Source: Octopus sinensis (lineage: Eukaryota). Taken from it: a stretch of 64,000 nt of DNA. The translations under genes were made by a program, and so were the position numbers. The notes below the pieces were generated by a model. That model had not been told where the DNA came from, searched no databases, and was given only the letters and a program-made list of their open reading frames with translations. The stretch covers positions 12,462,001-12,526,000 of the forward strand of contig NC_043007.1 in NCBI RefSeq assembly GCF_006345805.1, read 5' to 3'. Below are positions 1-13,990 of the stretch, piece by piece; position 1 is the first letter of the stretch, and every line of letters starts with the position of its first letter.

Positions 1-87
1 CACACTGGATATTAAAACCAGATGTCAGCTAACAGCACAGTAATACTGAGTGCTCTTCAGAGATGACAGGTATGGAATATAAATATA

Positions 88-300
88 TCTTTCATCTTTT
101 ATTCGTTTCAGTGATTAGACTGTGGCCATGCTGGGGCACCACCTTGAAGAATTTTAGTCAAACAAATCGAGCCCAGTACTTTTCGTTTAAGCCTGACAGA
201 ATGGGTTTTTCACTTTCTGTCTCCCAAATCTACACACGAGGCTTTGATCAGCCCGAGGTTATAGAAGAAGACACTTGCCCAAGGTGCCATGCAGTGGGAC
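88..300 (-). mobile_element. Degenerate tRNA-derived SINE (family A)
   Basis: Contains GGCCATGCTGG..CACC and AGAAGACACTTGCCCAAGGTGCCATGCAGTGGGAC, shared with other family A copies in the window. Confidence 0.6.
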
Positions 301-680
301 CTTGTGTTAGCATATATCTGTATATATGCATACAGATACTTACATAGATATACATAGATACATACATTCATATACACATTTGTATATTTGTACGTGTACG
401 TTTCGTATACATTTGTGTATGTACGTGCATACATATACTCATATATACACACATGCATAAATACAACCACACATACATAGGCATAAACATGCATACACAT
501 ACACACAAGAGTCTTGATGGTAAAAATACGATACAAAAACTAAATTGGAACCATTTTAGAAGTCCTTAATCGTTTAAACATCCATTGTATGCCCGACCAC
601 AGAGGTTTTGGTAAACTGGTGTATATATATATTAATAACATACATAAAAAAACTAATCATTTTATAATAGCAATAATCAC

Positions 681-724
<44 letters not shown>

Positions 725-726
<2 letters not shown>

Positions 727-1260
727 GCTTCTGATCTTAACTGATTGGAAGTGTTATCATGTACATTGTTTTGTCTTGGTATAAAAGATGGGCTACAGCA
801 AATATTCTGCTCAATACCACAGATTTGCTTGTCAGTTGTTTGACCTTAACCAGTTGAGCATGTCCCTTAGTGGCTGACGATATGTGCATCTCTGATCACG
901 AGCAGAAGTAGTGGGGGAGCATCATAGCCATGTGTTGAGAGGGATTCTTTGGGGTTTGAATAATTCACCTCTGGAAACATGGGTGGTTCTTTCAACATCC
1001 TTAAACAACCCTTATTCAGGGACCTTTTGAGCGGGATGGGCTACTCAACCTGAAGAAAATTCTAACTGGGCCCCACCTGCAAGGTCATGTGCTGTTTATC
1101 TTGATATGAGATCACCATGTCGCGCACATATGGTTGTGATGCTGTGCCTGGTGTACCCTTATCAGACGGGTAGTCATGATGGGTATATTGGCTTCGTATA
1201 TTTTACCCCAGTGTCACTTTGATGGCATGCACCTCTCTCACTCAATAATAATAATAATCT
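725..1260 (+). mobile_element. ~530-bp interspersed repeat (family B) ending in an (AAT)n tail; probable non-LTR 3' end or SINE
   Basis: Clearly similar copies at 14150-14690 and 30108-30615. It ends CTCTCTCACTC-AATAATAAT and has variable 5' ends. Confidence 0.7.
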
Positions 1261-1479
1261 AGAAACCGTTTCATATGTTGCCTGCCTTGTTTAAATTCTG
1301 ATTTACAAAGCAACCCAGTTGCATAAGAATTTGGACTGAAATTTCAGCTTCTATTAATTTACCTAGAATGCTTATTGTTTATTTTGAATTAAGGAAATGG
1401 CTAGCTTGGTTTGATATGCATTTAGTGCATATTATAGTCCCACTGCGATATTTATGGAATCTTTACTACTATTACAATA

Positions 1480-1574
1480 TATACGTGTATTGTGTGTGTG
1501 TATATATGTAAGTATATATACTTATATGTGTATATATACTTATATGTATATATATATACTTATATGTATATATA

Positions 1575-1610
<36 letters not shown>

Positions 1611-2100
1611 CTTATATGTATATATATACTTATATGTATATATACTTATAGGTATATATAATTATATATATATATACTTATATATATATATATAACTTAT
1701 ATATATTACATATCATCATCATCATCGTTTATATATATATATATATATATAATATATATGCATGCATGCATGCATGCATGTATGTATGTATGTATGTATG
1801 ATGTATGTATGTATGTATGTATGTGTGTGTGTGAGTGTGTAAAAATATAGACGTCTATGTATGTGTGCGTGTAGATAGATAGATAGATAGATAGATAGAC
1901 AGATGCATGCATACATACATAGTCACACACGTACATACATATAGAGATAGATATATATATAAATGTGTATCTATATACATATATATTTATATATAAACAT
2001 ATATATATCCATACGTATATATATATGTGTATTATGTGCGTGTCTGTATATGCGTATATATATAAGCATATACATATATACACATGTATGTATATATACA
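1480..2100. repeat. Compound microsatellite block (TA, TATACT, TATG, TAGA)
   Basis: Directly visible simple repeats; they produce the IYIY-type ORFs. Confidence 0.95.
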
Positions 2101-3517
2101 TCTAATCTTTAAGTATAAACCAGATCCAAAACGATAAAATCAATTGAAGGTCGATGAATAGGGAAAAGTTAAAATAGCTCAAATGCCTAAAATATAAGTG
2201 ACTGTTGCAGTTAGTTGTCTTTCTCTGTAAGAATAATAATGATAATCAGCTCGTGTTATTATGGAAACAGCCATAAAATATAATAGTATCGTAGTATATG
2301 TTAAACCATATGCCCAATATGTGTAGTGCTTTCTCAAAAGCGAGCTTGAACGAAAGAACGAATTAATGAATTTCGCCCGTCACAGAAAAGAAGCTACTTT
2401 CATATTTAACTAGTTTGGCTTGTTTGAACAAGACACACACACACATAGAGAGAGAGAGAGAGAGAAACAGAATGAATAGAAGCTATTATGGCAAGGAGGA
2501 GGGGGAAAAATAACGTAATCAGATCTGTATCTAACAATTTATCGATAAACTGTTCGCTAAATAGGACCATTCCTACAAAGATAATGTATGAAAAACTTAT
2601 CAAGCTTGAATGAATGATAAAGTCTCCCCGAAACGGAAGAGAATATAGGTTAACGAGGAAATTGTTCTTTTACAAGATATTCCTTGGGGGAAAAAAATTA
2701 AGAAAAGAACAGCTAAAATGGACGGACAATTATTATTTTTATTATCAGTATTATTCTTATCTACCGTCTTATTGGGATATCAGTATGATAATTAGTTATA
2801 TCCATCCCGTTTTATCCAGGATGTGTGCCAAGCTAAGATGTTGGGAAGCAGTAGTTTGCGATTGATCTCCGATGTAGTGCTTTGCTTTATTATTCGCTAC
2901 AGTAATGATATTAAGTGGAAAAGAAGAAAAAATAACTACTGAACGTTAGGAATTTTCAATAAAAAATTGTAATTGTCACTCGTAATTCCTCGTTCAGTGA
3001 AAATAAAGAGAGAAGAACGAGAAGGAAGAAGTGATTTTTTTTATTATTATTTTGTACTACTAAATAATATGTTGTAACGTTACCAGCCTGTCTTAGTACA
3101 CGTTACTACGATCATACATATATTAAGATATGTCTTAAACAAAGCAACACAGTCTTATCGCCAGAAATATAATCATAACGTGTTTGTTGTAGTAAAAAAA
3201 GAAAAGTTCGATTTTTGAGTACATATATTTATTGTATCCTGTCTCCTTAGAAAATGCATTTTTGTTGTTGTTCGTTTTATCTGTGTGTCTGTCGAATTTT
3301 CCATCTTAAGGGTTTCACCACTGACTCACCACCATTTCAAAGATGGAAGGGGCTGCCAAGTAAAACGCGAACTATATGTTACGTCCGTGCAAGCATGCCT
3401 GCATGCATACATCCATACATATGTATATACACAAAAGCCTATGAATATATATATATATATATATATCGTTTGTATGCACACACGTCTACGTATAGATGTG
3501 CTTTACACGTATTTATA

Positions 3518-3742
3518 TAAGAGGGAAGGCTGAAAAGTTCCTGGTTTTGGGTAAAAGAAAATACAGAAGGATCTGTTAATTATGATTTTATTCGACATAT
3601 TCCCCCTCTCGGATTCACACACTTATTGCAGTGGTCTTTCAGTGTTTTTTTTTTCTAATCCCTATAAAAGACCTCGAAAGTCCGGCCTCCAACCAGGCCT
3701 TTCGCGACACCAAAGCCAGGAACTTTGCAGCACTCCCCCGTA
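3518..3742. mobile_element. Mariner/Tc1-type MITE (~225 bp)
   Basis: Imperfect TIRs TAAGAGGG..CTGAAAAGTTCCTGG / CCAGGAACTTTGCAGC..CCCCCGTA with TA flanks. A second copy lies inverted at 37431-37654. Confidence 0.7.
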
Positions 3743-3791
3743 TATATTATGACACATACGCCTGAAATACATACACACATTCATACATATA

Positions 3792-3827
<36 letters not shown>

Positions 3828-4419
3828 TCATACACACACACACACATATATATATATGAGATACACACATAAATACGTAATCTTTTTTTATTTATTTTAC
3901 ATAGAGAGAGGAAGGGAGCAAAAGAGAGAGTGAGATCCGACATAACTCTTTTTCCTGGCAAAAACAGCCAAAACAAATCTGTTACAGAAAGAGCATTTAA
4001 TAAACCCCACTGCCAAACAAACATCGACAGTGACGATGCGAGTGAGGGAAGCAACTAATATAATAATAATAATAATAACTGCTTCACATCTTTTAATGTA
4101 TAACATACACACAACATTGTTTGAAATTGAAAGTACAAAACTACACTGCTGAATATGATGATGAAGAAGAAGAAGAAGAAAAGCAGGGTAATCTATGTAG
4201 AGCAAGGGGAGATAAGTGAGAAAAGAGGTCGCTTCTGTTCGTGCTTATATTTCTCTGCATCTTTCTTTCTTTCTCACTTGAATGAGCAGAAATGCCACCG
4301 GCGAAACAATCAGAAGAGAAGCATGGTGTAAATTTGAGCTCTTTGACATCGAAATATCAGTGAAGAAGAGAGCTGAAGGGGAAAAAACCATAAAACATAT
4401 AAACTAACAGACGGGGACC

Positions 4420-5080
4420 CCTTCCCCTACGTGGTCATTTGAACTGCTAGAGATAGCAGCCGAATAACCTTCGAAAGGAACGACACATTGGGAAAATGTT
4501 GTTTGGAAGGATACACTGTGTGTAGGAAAAAAAAGACGAGATGTTCACGGCTGGAATACTATAATTCATCAATATGTGATCCATCTCAACCCCTCTACGA
4601 GGTTATTTGAACTGCTAGAGATAGCAGCCGAATAGCCTTCGAATGACAGACTACTGTCTTGACAGTAAAAAGAACGACACATTGGAAAACTGTTGTTTGG
4701 AAGGATACACTATGTGTAGGAAAAAAAACGGGATGTTCACGGCTGGAATACTATTATTCATCAATCTGTGACCCATCCCACCCCCTCTATGAGATCATTT
4801 GAACTGCTAGAGATAGCAGCCAAATTACCTTCGAATCAGTCTACCGTATTGAAAATATATGGAAGAATACATTGGAAAATGTTCGCGAGTAGAATATGTG
4901 TGGACGAGAAAGACGAGATGTTCACGGCTGGAATACTATTATTCGTCAATCTGTGACCCATCCCACCCCCTCTACGAGGTCATTTGAACTGCTAGAGATA
5001 GCAGCCAAATTGCCTTCAAATCTACCGTATTGAAAATATAAGGAAAATATGTGTGGAATAGAAAGACGAGATGTTCATGG
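4420..5080 (+). repeat. Tandem array of ~3.5 copies of a ~170-190-bp unit
   Basis: Recurring GGTCATTTGAACTGCTAGAGATAGCAGCC...GATGTTCACGGCTGGAATACTAT near 4432, 4601, 4793 and 4978. Confidence 0.85.
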
Positions 5081-5829
5081 CCCATCAGTCAGGGTTGTCC
5101 TGGAGCCAAACAACAACAACGATTAGAAACTTATTCGTTCTTAATCACAATAAATTTCATAAGTATGTACGTGTGTGAGAGAGAGTGTGTGTGTGTGCCT
5201 GAACAAAAATGGTCTTCAAATGTAAATTGTCAGGGGAAGAGAGAGCAGAAGATAAATGAGTAAAACACATCATTGTCAATGAGAAACAAAAGCGAGTGTT
5301 TTGACAATCTATGCTAGAGTCAAATCAGACAATAGATTGATAAAAAACACATACACATATATATACACACGTGCACACACAATGCGAAGAGGAACTATCG
5401 AAATCGTATTGATAAAAATAAAATCAAATTTATTCATGTCAACCGTTCACGTTGATGCAAACATGCTTTGAATTAATTTCGAGAATAGCATTACTTCTGC
5501 AAGTTAGATTTGTCAGCGACCACCCAACCAGCACTGAACATCCGGAGAACAATCAGGCAATCAAACATACTTTTAGTAATTAAATTGTGATTTATTTTCC
5601 AAACATACATGGATGAACCGACGACATGACTTCTACGTTGTTGTATGACGTGCTAAATAAAACAGCTAAACATCCCTTTAATTATACGCTACCTTAAATT
5701 TAAGGTGGAAAAAAGGCTGTTAGATAATATACTTGTACATGACATGACTTTAAAGACACAAAATGGTTACGACTGGAAAGTCTTTGGACACAGGTCTGTT
5801 CTATTAGTGTTGACCTGTAGCTAAACAAC

Positions 5830-7290
5830 AGATAGTGAACATCCAGGAAATAACTATACAATGGCACACACTGTAAACAGCCAAATATGCAACTATATAA
5901 ATAAGATATTCAGTGAACAACTAGATAAACCATATCAGACATTCACTCAACATCTAGTTAACAAACCATACAATCAGACAGTGAACATCCAGATAACTGA
6001 GAACCACTCAATTAGACGTAAGGTGAACAACTAGTTAATAAAACAAGAATCAGGTGTTTCGTGAACATCTCGATGACAATCAGCCATTTAGTGAACATCT
6101 AGATATAATCATACGAGACATTTCGTGAACATCTGAATAACAACCATACACTCAAATATTCGACAAATTAAACGTAGATTCAGGTAATTGGTAAGCATGG
6201 AAATGACAGGTATACAATTAGATATTCAAAGAACGCCACAATAACAATCATATTTTCAGACATAGAGTAACAATATAACAACCATACAATCAGACAAGCG
6301 GTGAACATATAACAAGCATACAATTAGACATTCAGTGAACATACATATAACAAATACACAATTTGATGTAAAGTGAACATTCATATAACAACCATACAAA
6401 TTTATGGTGAACTTAAATATAACAAGCATACAAATGTATATTTATTGAACATCTAGATAACAATCGTACGATTAGACATACAGTGAATGTACATATAACA
6501 ACCATCTGATCAGATATTCAATAAACATACATATGACAGCCATACAAACGGTAAATATACATATAACAACTATACCATCAGACATACAGTGAACATACAT
6601 AAGTCAGCCAACAGACAGATGACAACCATACCATCAGACAAACGGTGAACGTACATATAACAACCATGCCATCAGACACAGTGATCATACACGTCAACCA
6701 CCAGACATTTAGTGAACAGACAGGTGACAACCATACCATCAGACGAACGGTGAACATACATATAACTATATGGTCATTCATAGTGAACATACATGTCAAC
6801 CATCAGACATTTAGTGAACAGACAGATGGCAACCATACCATCAGACAAACGGTGAACGTACATATAACAACCATGCCATCAGACACAGTGATCATACACG
6901 TCAACCACCAGACATTTAGTGAACAGACAGGTGACAACCATACCATCAGACGAACGGTGAACATACATATAACTATATGGTCATTCATAGTGAACATACA
7001 TGTCAACCATCAGACATTTAGTGAACAGACAGATGGCAACCATACCATCAGACGAACGGTGAACACACATATAACAAGCATGGCATCAGACATACAGCGA
7101 ACACGCATGTAACAACCATACACTTAGACACTCAGAGAAACATCCAAATAGTAATCATCTATTAGACATTCAGTGAACAACCAGATAATCAGACATACAG
7201 TGAACGTAGAGATAACCATGCAATACAGACATACAGTGAACATGCGTATCACAACTATACAAGAAGCTATTCGATAAACAGCTAGAACGA
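5830..7290. repeat. Degenerate GTGAACA-core minisatellite with a nested near-perfect 207-bp higher-order repeat (6624-7070)
   Basis: Repeated GTGAACATACATATAACAACCATAC..CAGACA units. AACCATACCATCAGACAAACGGTGAACG recurs at 6624 and 6831, and the ORF track shows a 69-aa repeat. Confidence 0.9.
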
Positions 7291-7759
7291 CCATGCAAAT
7301 ATTACGTGCTTAGCTAATCATATAATCTACCACAACTGAACCTTCAAATTCAGTTACTGCATGTATATACATATATAAAATATGTATTCACACACACACA
7401 TATATATATATATACGTATATCCTCACACACACCTTGCTATAATGTGCTAAGTATTTAGTACATGTAACCAATGACTTAAAGCTCAATACAATTATATCA
7501 CACTCCAATATCTACATCTTTTTAAAATGCTTTGTGTAGTATAGACACACGCACACACCTAGGCCAGTTGTAGAATAATAAGGCTGTAATAATATATACA
7601 GAGCAGAATTTATCATAGAAAATAAGACACAGAAAACAACCCATTTAATACAAGTAATATTTAAATTACTTCGTTCCCAATCATTCTTCAATTGAAGTGA
7701 ATTGAATATTGTGTTGTTACCCTTGTTCTTTTTACGTATTTATCTATCTATTAAATAAA

Positions 7760-7987
7760 GTACCAGTTTCACACTGGGGTTGATGTAATCGACTTAATTA
7801 ATCCCTTTGTCTGTCCTTGTTTGTCCCCTCTATGTTTAGCCCCTTGTGGACAGTAAAGAAATATATATATATATATATATATATATATTTCTTTACTGTC
7901 CACAAGGGGATATATATATATATATATAATATATATATATATTTCTTTACTGTCCACAAGGGGCTAAACATAGAGGGGACAAACAAT
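7760..7987. mobile_element. 3' part of a family C SINE followed by inverted copies of its end around (TA)n
   Basis: CCCCTTGTGGACAGTAAAGAAATA(TA)n is followed twice by TATTTCTTTACTGTCCACAAGGGG. Confidence 0.8.
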
Positions 7988-9661
7988 ATATATATATGGA
8001 TAGATATGACACGGCTTTATATATTGAATATATCCAAATATACATATTAAATGGTAATATATTTTCTTAGAATGGGCAGTAATTTGTTTTAAAAAGAAGA
8101 AAAAGGAACTGAAAATAATTATAATAAATAAATGTATCGAGGATATTTAGTTGTTCGAAGAAAAACAGTGACAAAACTGACTGATGAAAGGGGGGGAAAA
8201 GCAGGCGAGAGGAGAGAGAGAGCAGTATAATTATAAATGGAATTAATGGGACATATCGATAAAATGAGGGTAGGTGATGGGGATGAGGATTCTGGGATGA
8301 ATTGTTGAGTAATTTAAGTAGAATTATTTATTTTATTGAGACGAATTGTTTGTAGTGGGACTGGACAAAGGGCTATGTTTATTTCGACAACAGATTTAAT
8401 GTATATAAATATGTATGTATGATAAAACTGAGGAGCAGGGACGAGCAAGAGTTGTAATATTCCATGTCGGAATAGACGTTATGGCGACGGTGCTTGATAT
8501 AGTAATTATACACTTAACACATTGATATTTCTCTGGGAAAGAAGAATTATACAGTGAAATATTGTGTTACATGCAACTTTTACGTTGCTTCGGGATACTG
8601 TTTTTTTTTTTTTGGTTTTTCTTTTATTTATTTTATTTTTCGTCTTTCTCGCTAATTGTGTTTTTGTTCTATTGTTTTATCCGATTTGAAAAGTTAACAA
8701 TAAGGTAAAAATGAAGCCGGTTGACAGCAGCCTGAGAGATAGATAGATAGATATAGAAAGAGAGAGAGAGAGAGAGAGAGAGATAGACAGATAGAGAGAG
8801 AGAGACTCAGCCTCTTTATGTGGTCACTAGACCTGACCCGCTAGAAATAACAGCTAGCATCCACAGTCTTCTTTCATACAACTCTACATCTTCTCAAAGA
8901 TAACATATGTAGTTGCACTTTAGCCCAAGGTCAGCCCTGGTCGAACAGGCGTATAATTAAAGGCGTTTCAGACATGACCATCCGATATTCTTAAGGAATA
9001 CGTGAGACTACATTATCTAATGTGTCATTTCAATTAGAAAAAGTAAAACAATGAAATAATAAGGTGTGTAGTTTGAGATAGAGAGAGATTTGACTGCTAT
9101 TTTCTAGCTAGGTGATCGAGCAAGAGGGGTCCTTTCCTCGTTGTCTCGTTGGATGAAGCTAGTCACACATAAAAATGTGGTAAGACGATATGGTCATAGC
9201 GAGATCACCTTTGATAATAATAGACAGGCCTGTTCTTTCAGAGTTGACATGGGCTAAGAACCACAACATATATACACCTCCTCTCTCTCTCTCTCTCTCT
9301 AAATATATACATATATATACATACATGCACACACACACATTATACATCATCATATATTTGTTATTACATTAGCATCTTCATCAGTTGATGGCCCTCTAAC
9401 ATTACACATGCTACAAGATAAGTGCTCGGATTTTAAGCATAATGTCGAAATATATAACACTTAACTGCTTACAGTTTTACAAAGAATACACAATCTATAA
9501 ATATTGTTGAAGTCGACTTCAAATGTGGGGATATCTGTCTTTTTCTATTTATTGTTTTATGAACGAGGCTTTAATATACATTAGTGACGGTTGTTGGCAT
9601 GGACGGACAAAAGGAAATCATAAATGCATACGTATATAGCTTTATACATATACATATATTC

Positions 9662-9706
<45 letters not shown>

Positions 9707-9820
9707 CGCATACATAGAATTAGATAGATAGATAGATAGATAGATATACAGACAGATAGAGAGAGAGATAGGTAGGTAGATAGATAGATAAATAGATAGA
9801 TAGAGAGAGAGAGAGATAGG

Positions 9821-9854
<34 letters not shown>

Positions 9855-10303
9855 TATACATACATAAACAGGTAGATAGATAGATATGTAGATAGATACA
9901 TACATACATAGACAGGTAGATACAGACAGACAGACAGATAGATAGATAGATAGATAGATAAAGTGCATGCATACATAAATACATGCGTACGTACGTATAC
10001 ACACAGAAGGAAAGACAGATGCACGCAAAGACGTTTTTAATTATAAAGACAAGCACCATTAACTGAAAGAACTCAATACATGTAAGGGACTGAATATATA
10101 TATTTATGTTTATGTGTGTATAGACATGCATTTATGCATACATGTATATATGCATATACTTATATGCATGTATATGTATACATTACATATATATACACAC
10201 ATAGTAATCCACACGCGTAATTTTTTGTTATTATTTTGCGCGTGTGTGTATAGTGATGATGATGATGATGACGACGATGACAACGATGACGGAAGTAGCA
10301 GTG

Positions 10304-10344
<41 letters not shown>

Positions 10345-10785
10345 GGTGACAACGGTAGCGGTGAATGGCATGATGGTGATGCTGAGCTGATGAGGGCGAT
10401 GATGATGACGACGATGATGATGACGACGATGATGATGATGACGATGATGATGATGGTGGTGGTTTTCATATTGATAGTAGTAGTAGTAGTAATAGTGGTG
10501 GTTGTATACCATGAGGACGATGTTTGATGTAATTTGTGATGATGGTTGATATGATAACGATGCTTCTGACGACGATGAGGAAGCAGATAATAATAATAAT
10601 AATAATATTAATAACATATTAATAAAATAATACTAATAACAGGTACTTGTAACAATCATAATAGGCAGTAAAAGGTGGGTACAAAATGATGTTAGCGATA
10701 CACGGTATCTGATGATGCAGTTTTATACCATAATATTTTTTTTTTCCAGCATCCTTTGCTCAAATCACTCCTGGTTTCCACTTAC

Positions 10786-10861
10786 CTGTTTGACCTTTGC
10801 CTAATGTCTTCTCCAACCGGTATGGTCCGACGTACTGCTCCTCCTTCTGACTATGAGACAT
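10786..10861 (-). CDS. BRSK2: First coding exon of a BR serine/threonine kinase (BRSK1/2, SAD-1 family)
   Basis: ATG at 10861 gives [25 protein letters not shown] plus G, then a phase-1 GTAAGT donor. [18 protein letters not shown] is the diagnostic N-terminal kinase-domain sequence of BRSK1/2 and SAD-1. The symbol denotes the family; invertebrates have a single orthologue. Confidence 0.93.
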
Positions 10862-11532
10862 CTTGGAATGAAATCAGCTTTTATTTTTGTTGTTGTTGTT
10901 GTTGTTGTTGGTGTTTGGTTAATTTTGCTTTTTTTTTTTTTCCAATCAATACCGATGATGAGATCGTAGGGTTTTGTTGTTGTTGTTGTTGTTTTAGGGG
11001 TTTAGCAGCTTTACAAGGGATGTAATTTTTCCTTTTTCCCCCTGTTTTTGATTATATATATATATAGGGGTTTATTTGGGCTTGTTTTTTTGGGGTTTTT
11101 TTGCGGCGGGGTTGTTTTTTTTTTTTTGGCAGATTTTTATATGATTATTATTTTTTTTTTTTTTAATTATCCTTACTACTTACTACTACTTGTAAAGGAA
11201 AAAAAGGGGGGTACAATAATACAAAAAAAAAGCCCTAAGGGAGCAGTGCTAGAGGAAAAAAACTAAAAATGAAAATAAGGCAAACGTTGTTAGTCAGAAG
11301 CAGAGCTCCTGACCAGGATGCCATATCTCATGACAGCTCGCTTAGACTCAACAACATTTAGGTAGTCAAAGAATCGATTGGTGTGGAGCGCCATGAAGAT
11401 GCCGCTGTGGCTGCTGCTGCTGCTGCTGTACGGGCTGCTGCTGCTGCTGCTGCGGCGACGGCGACGGCGGAGGAGGAGGAGGCGACTGCGGCTCTCTTTG
11501 CCTTTCGCTTTTACCTCTGCAACAGTACAAAC

Positions 11533-11580
<48 letters not shown>

Positions 11581-11600
11581 CTTTCCTTCTCCACCAACTT
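10862..11600 (-). promoter_or_regulatory. Probable 5' UTR and proximal promoter of BRSK: GC-rich CAG/CCG tract and (GA)n run
   Basis: GC-rich island at 11400-11500 and (CT)n on + at ~11527-11577, directly upstream of the start codon. No minus-strand ATG was seen between 10862 and 11289. The TSS cannot be determined. Confidence 0.5.
11290..11394 (-). CDS. Candidate 34-aa upstream ORF (MALHTNRFFDYLNVVESKRAVMRYGILVRSSASD)
   Basis: TTCATGG start context, non-repetitive codons, stop 428 nt before the BRSK ATG. Only valid if this region is in the transcript. Confidence 0.25.
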   Translation of the reverse strand: MALHTNRFFDYLNVVESKRAVMRYGILVRSSASD

Positions 11601-11628
11601 CCACCACCCTAACAACAGCGCTAATATC

Positions 11629-11661
<33 letters not shown>

Positions 11662-12150
11662 GCTACTACTGATGTGTTATTACCGCTGCTACTACTACTA
11701 CTACTACTACTATTACTACTGATGCAGCTACTGCTATTACCACCACTACTACTACTACTGTTACTGATGCGAGCAACTGCCACTAGTGATGTAACTACAG
11801 CTTTTACCACCACCACCACTACTACTACTAGTAGTGATACAACTGTAGCTACTACTACTACTACTACTACTACTACTATTGTTGATACAATTGCAACTAC
11901 TATTACTGATATAACTACAGCTATTACCACCACCACCACCACCACTAATACTACTATTACTATTACTAATACGATTGCAGCTATTACCACCACCACCACC
12001 ACCACTGCTAATACTACTAACAATACAACAGCTATTACCACCACCACCACCACTGCTAATACTACTAACAATACAACAGCTATTACCACCACCACCACCA
12101 CCACCTATGTAACTATTACCACCGCCTCCACCTCCACCACCACCATCACA
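11600..12150. repeat. (ACT)n/(ACC)n trinucleotide low-complexity region
   Basis: Visible triplet runs; source of the Thr/Val-rich ORFs. Confidence 0.9.
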
Positions 12151-13168
12151 TCTTTGTTTTGCTTCTGACTACTAGAAGTGAAGCTTGCACGCCACTATTG
12201 AGAGACTCTAAGCTACCTTCCTTTTATTCTCTCTCTCTCTCTCTATTTCATTATTTTCCTTTTAATTTTATTTTGCACTCCCGTTTATATAGGCATGGTT
12301 ACTACTAATTAGAGTGGTTTATAACAATTCCGTTTTTCTTTTCTTTTAATTAATACCCTATATCAGAGGTGATGATGACTTAAGATGATGGGGAGGACAA
12401 CCACGACGACGAAGGCAATGATGATAGTGATAATAATGATGATCACGATGATGATGATGATAAGGGCGATGATGATAGTGATGATGGTGCTTAGAATTGA
12501 TACCATCAATAATAACCAGCATCACTTTTTCCATTCACTACCGGTGTCAGGCCACCATCACCACTAGCACCAGCATCACTACTACCGATGTAGGAAGGAA
12601 GCAGCAGGCCTGACAACTCTTCAGAGCAGCTTTAAATGCTTTCGTGAATGACAAGGAATTGTGCAGTTGTGCAACACCAGCCACCAGCCCGAAATACCTA
12701 CCCCTCATAAAAATAAAATATAACATTAAAAAAAAAAGCCTGTTTATTTATAAAAAACAAAAAGAAATATACGTTCCTTTTGAATTACATAATTAACGAC
12801 AACGGTTATTATGATTACTATTATTACTGAACGGTGGAGAAAAATCATTATTATTATCATTATTATTATTATTTTATTACTGTTATTACCGAATTAGCAC
12901 ATTGCATTATTTCGTAGATGTAATTATAGTGAACACGAGTTGTAGATAGATAAACATTTAAAGAAGAAAGATAGATTCTTTTGCTGGGAATATTAGATTA
13001 ATGAATTAATTGTTAAAGGAGCTTTCGTTAATTATACATACATACATATATTCATGCACACATTTATACATGCATGCAGACATGTGCGTGTATGTATGAA
13101 TGAACATACATTCTCACATATATACATATATAAATGTGTGTATATATATATATATATATATAATATAT

Positions 13169-13200
<32 letters not shown>

Positions 13201-13343
13201 CTACAAACTGGATATATACGTGTATGTGTGTGTGCATGTATGTATGTATGTATATACATACACACAACAGGCTTGTGCATGTATGTATGAATGTACATAC
13301 ATTCTCACATATATATACATATATAAAGCTGAGTGTGTGTATG

Positions 13344-13398
<55 letters not shown>

Positions 13399-13936
13399 TA
13401 TATATATTATATATATATATATATATATTACAAGCTGGATATATATGTGTATGTGTGTGTGTGTGTATGTATGTATATATATATACATATATCCAGTTTG
13501 TATTTTTTTTCTCAAAACTTCGAACACGCTGCATCATTCTATGTCGTCCCAGTTAAGAGCAGTTTGTTTGTTTCTTTAGATGTAAATATGAAATTAACTG
13601 ATTCAAAACACCTAACACTAATTAAACAACTCCAATAGTTTCGAAGACATTAACCATTATTTCTATAATGCCATTTTCACCAATAGTACGTATTGATAAA
13701 GTGACAGGCAGAATGGCCTGGATTTAAGGGTTCACGGCGTTTATATATATGTTCGTTGGGTTATCTTGACACCGATGATAAGAGTCGTTGATCTTAAAAG
13801 AACTGCCATCTGCACACGAGTGTCGCCCACGATGCAATTTGCAAGTGGTAACTATATTTAAAGTGCATTTAAGAAAATTGTTAGAATACATCCTTTCAAA
13901 AGCATTGCTTACAAAGACGTAGACAAAGAGATGAAA

Positions 13937-13989
<53 letters not shown>

Positions 13990-13990
<1 letters not shown>

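Larger units (their letters stand above)
1..10785 (-). other. Probable intron 1 of the BRSK/SAD-1 kinase gene
   Basis: Lies downstream (minus strand) of the GTAAGT donor at 10785-10780. No exon-2 sequence (LVKLGVHC...KVAIKIVN) was found by eye. Content is repeats and microsatellites. Confidence 0.7.

Noticed and set aside
1048-1075. CTGAAGA and CTGACGA motifs inside family B
   Set aside because: No downstream GAAA/stem III/NUH arrangement.
6645-7112. 155-aa repeat protein
   Set aside because: By-product of the 207-bp repeat; no canonical ATG start or splice support.
1-10785. BRSK exon 2
   Set aside because: No sequence encoding LVKLGVHC/KVAIKIVNREKL was found by eye; it presumably lies outside the window.
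11383-12168. 261-aa Ala/Thr-rich mucin-like ORF
   Set aside because: Built from triplet and (CT)n repeats, and antisense to the BRSK leader.
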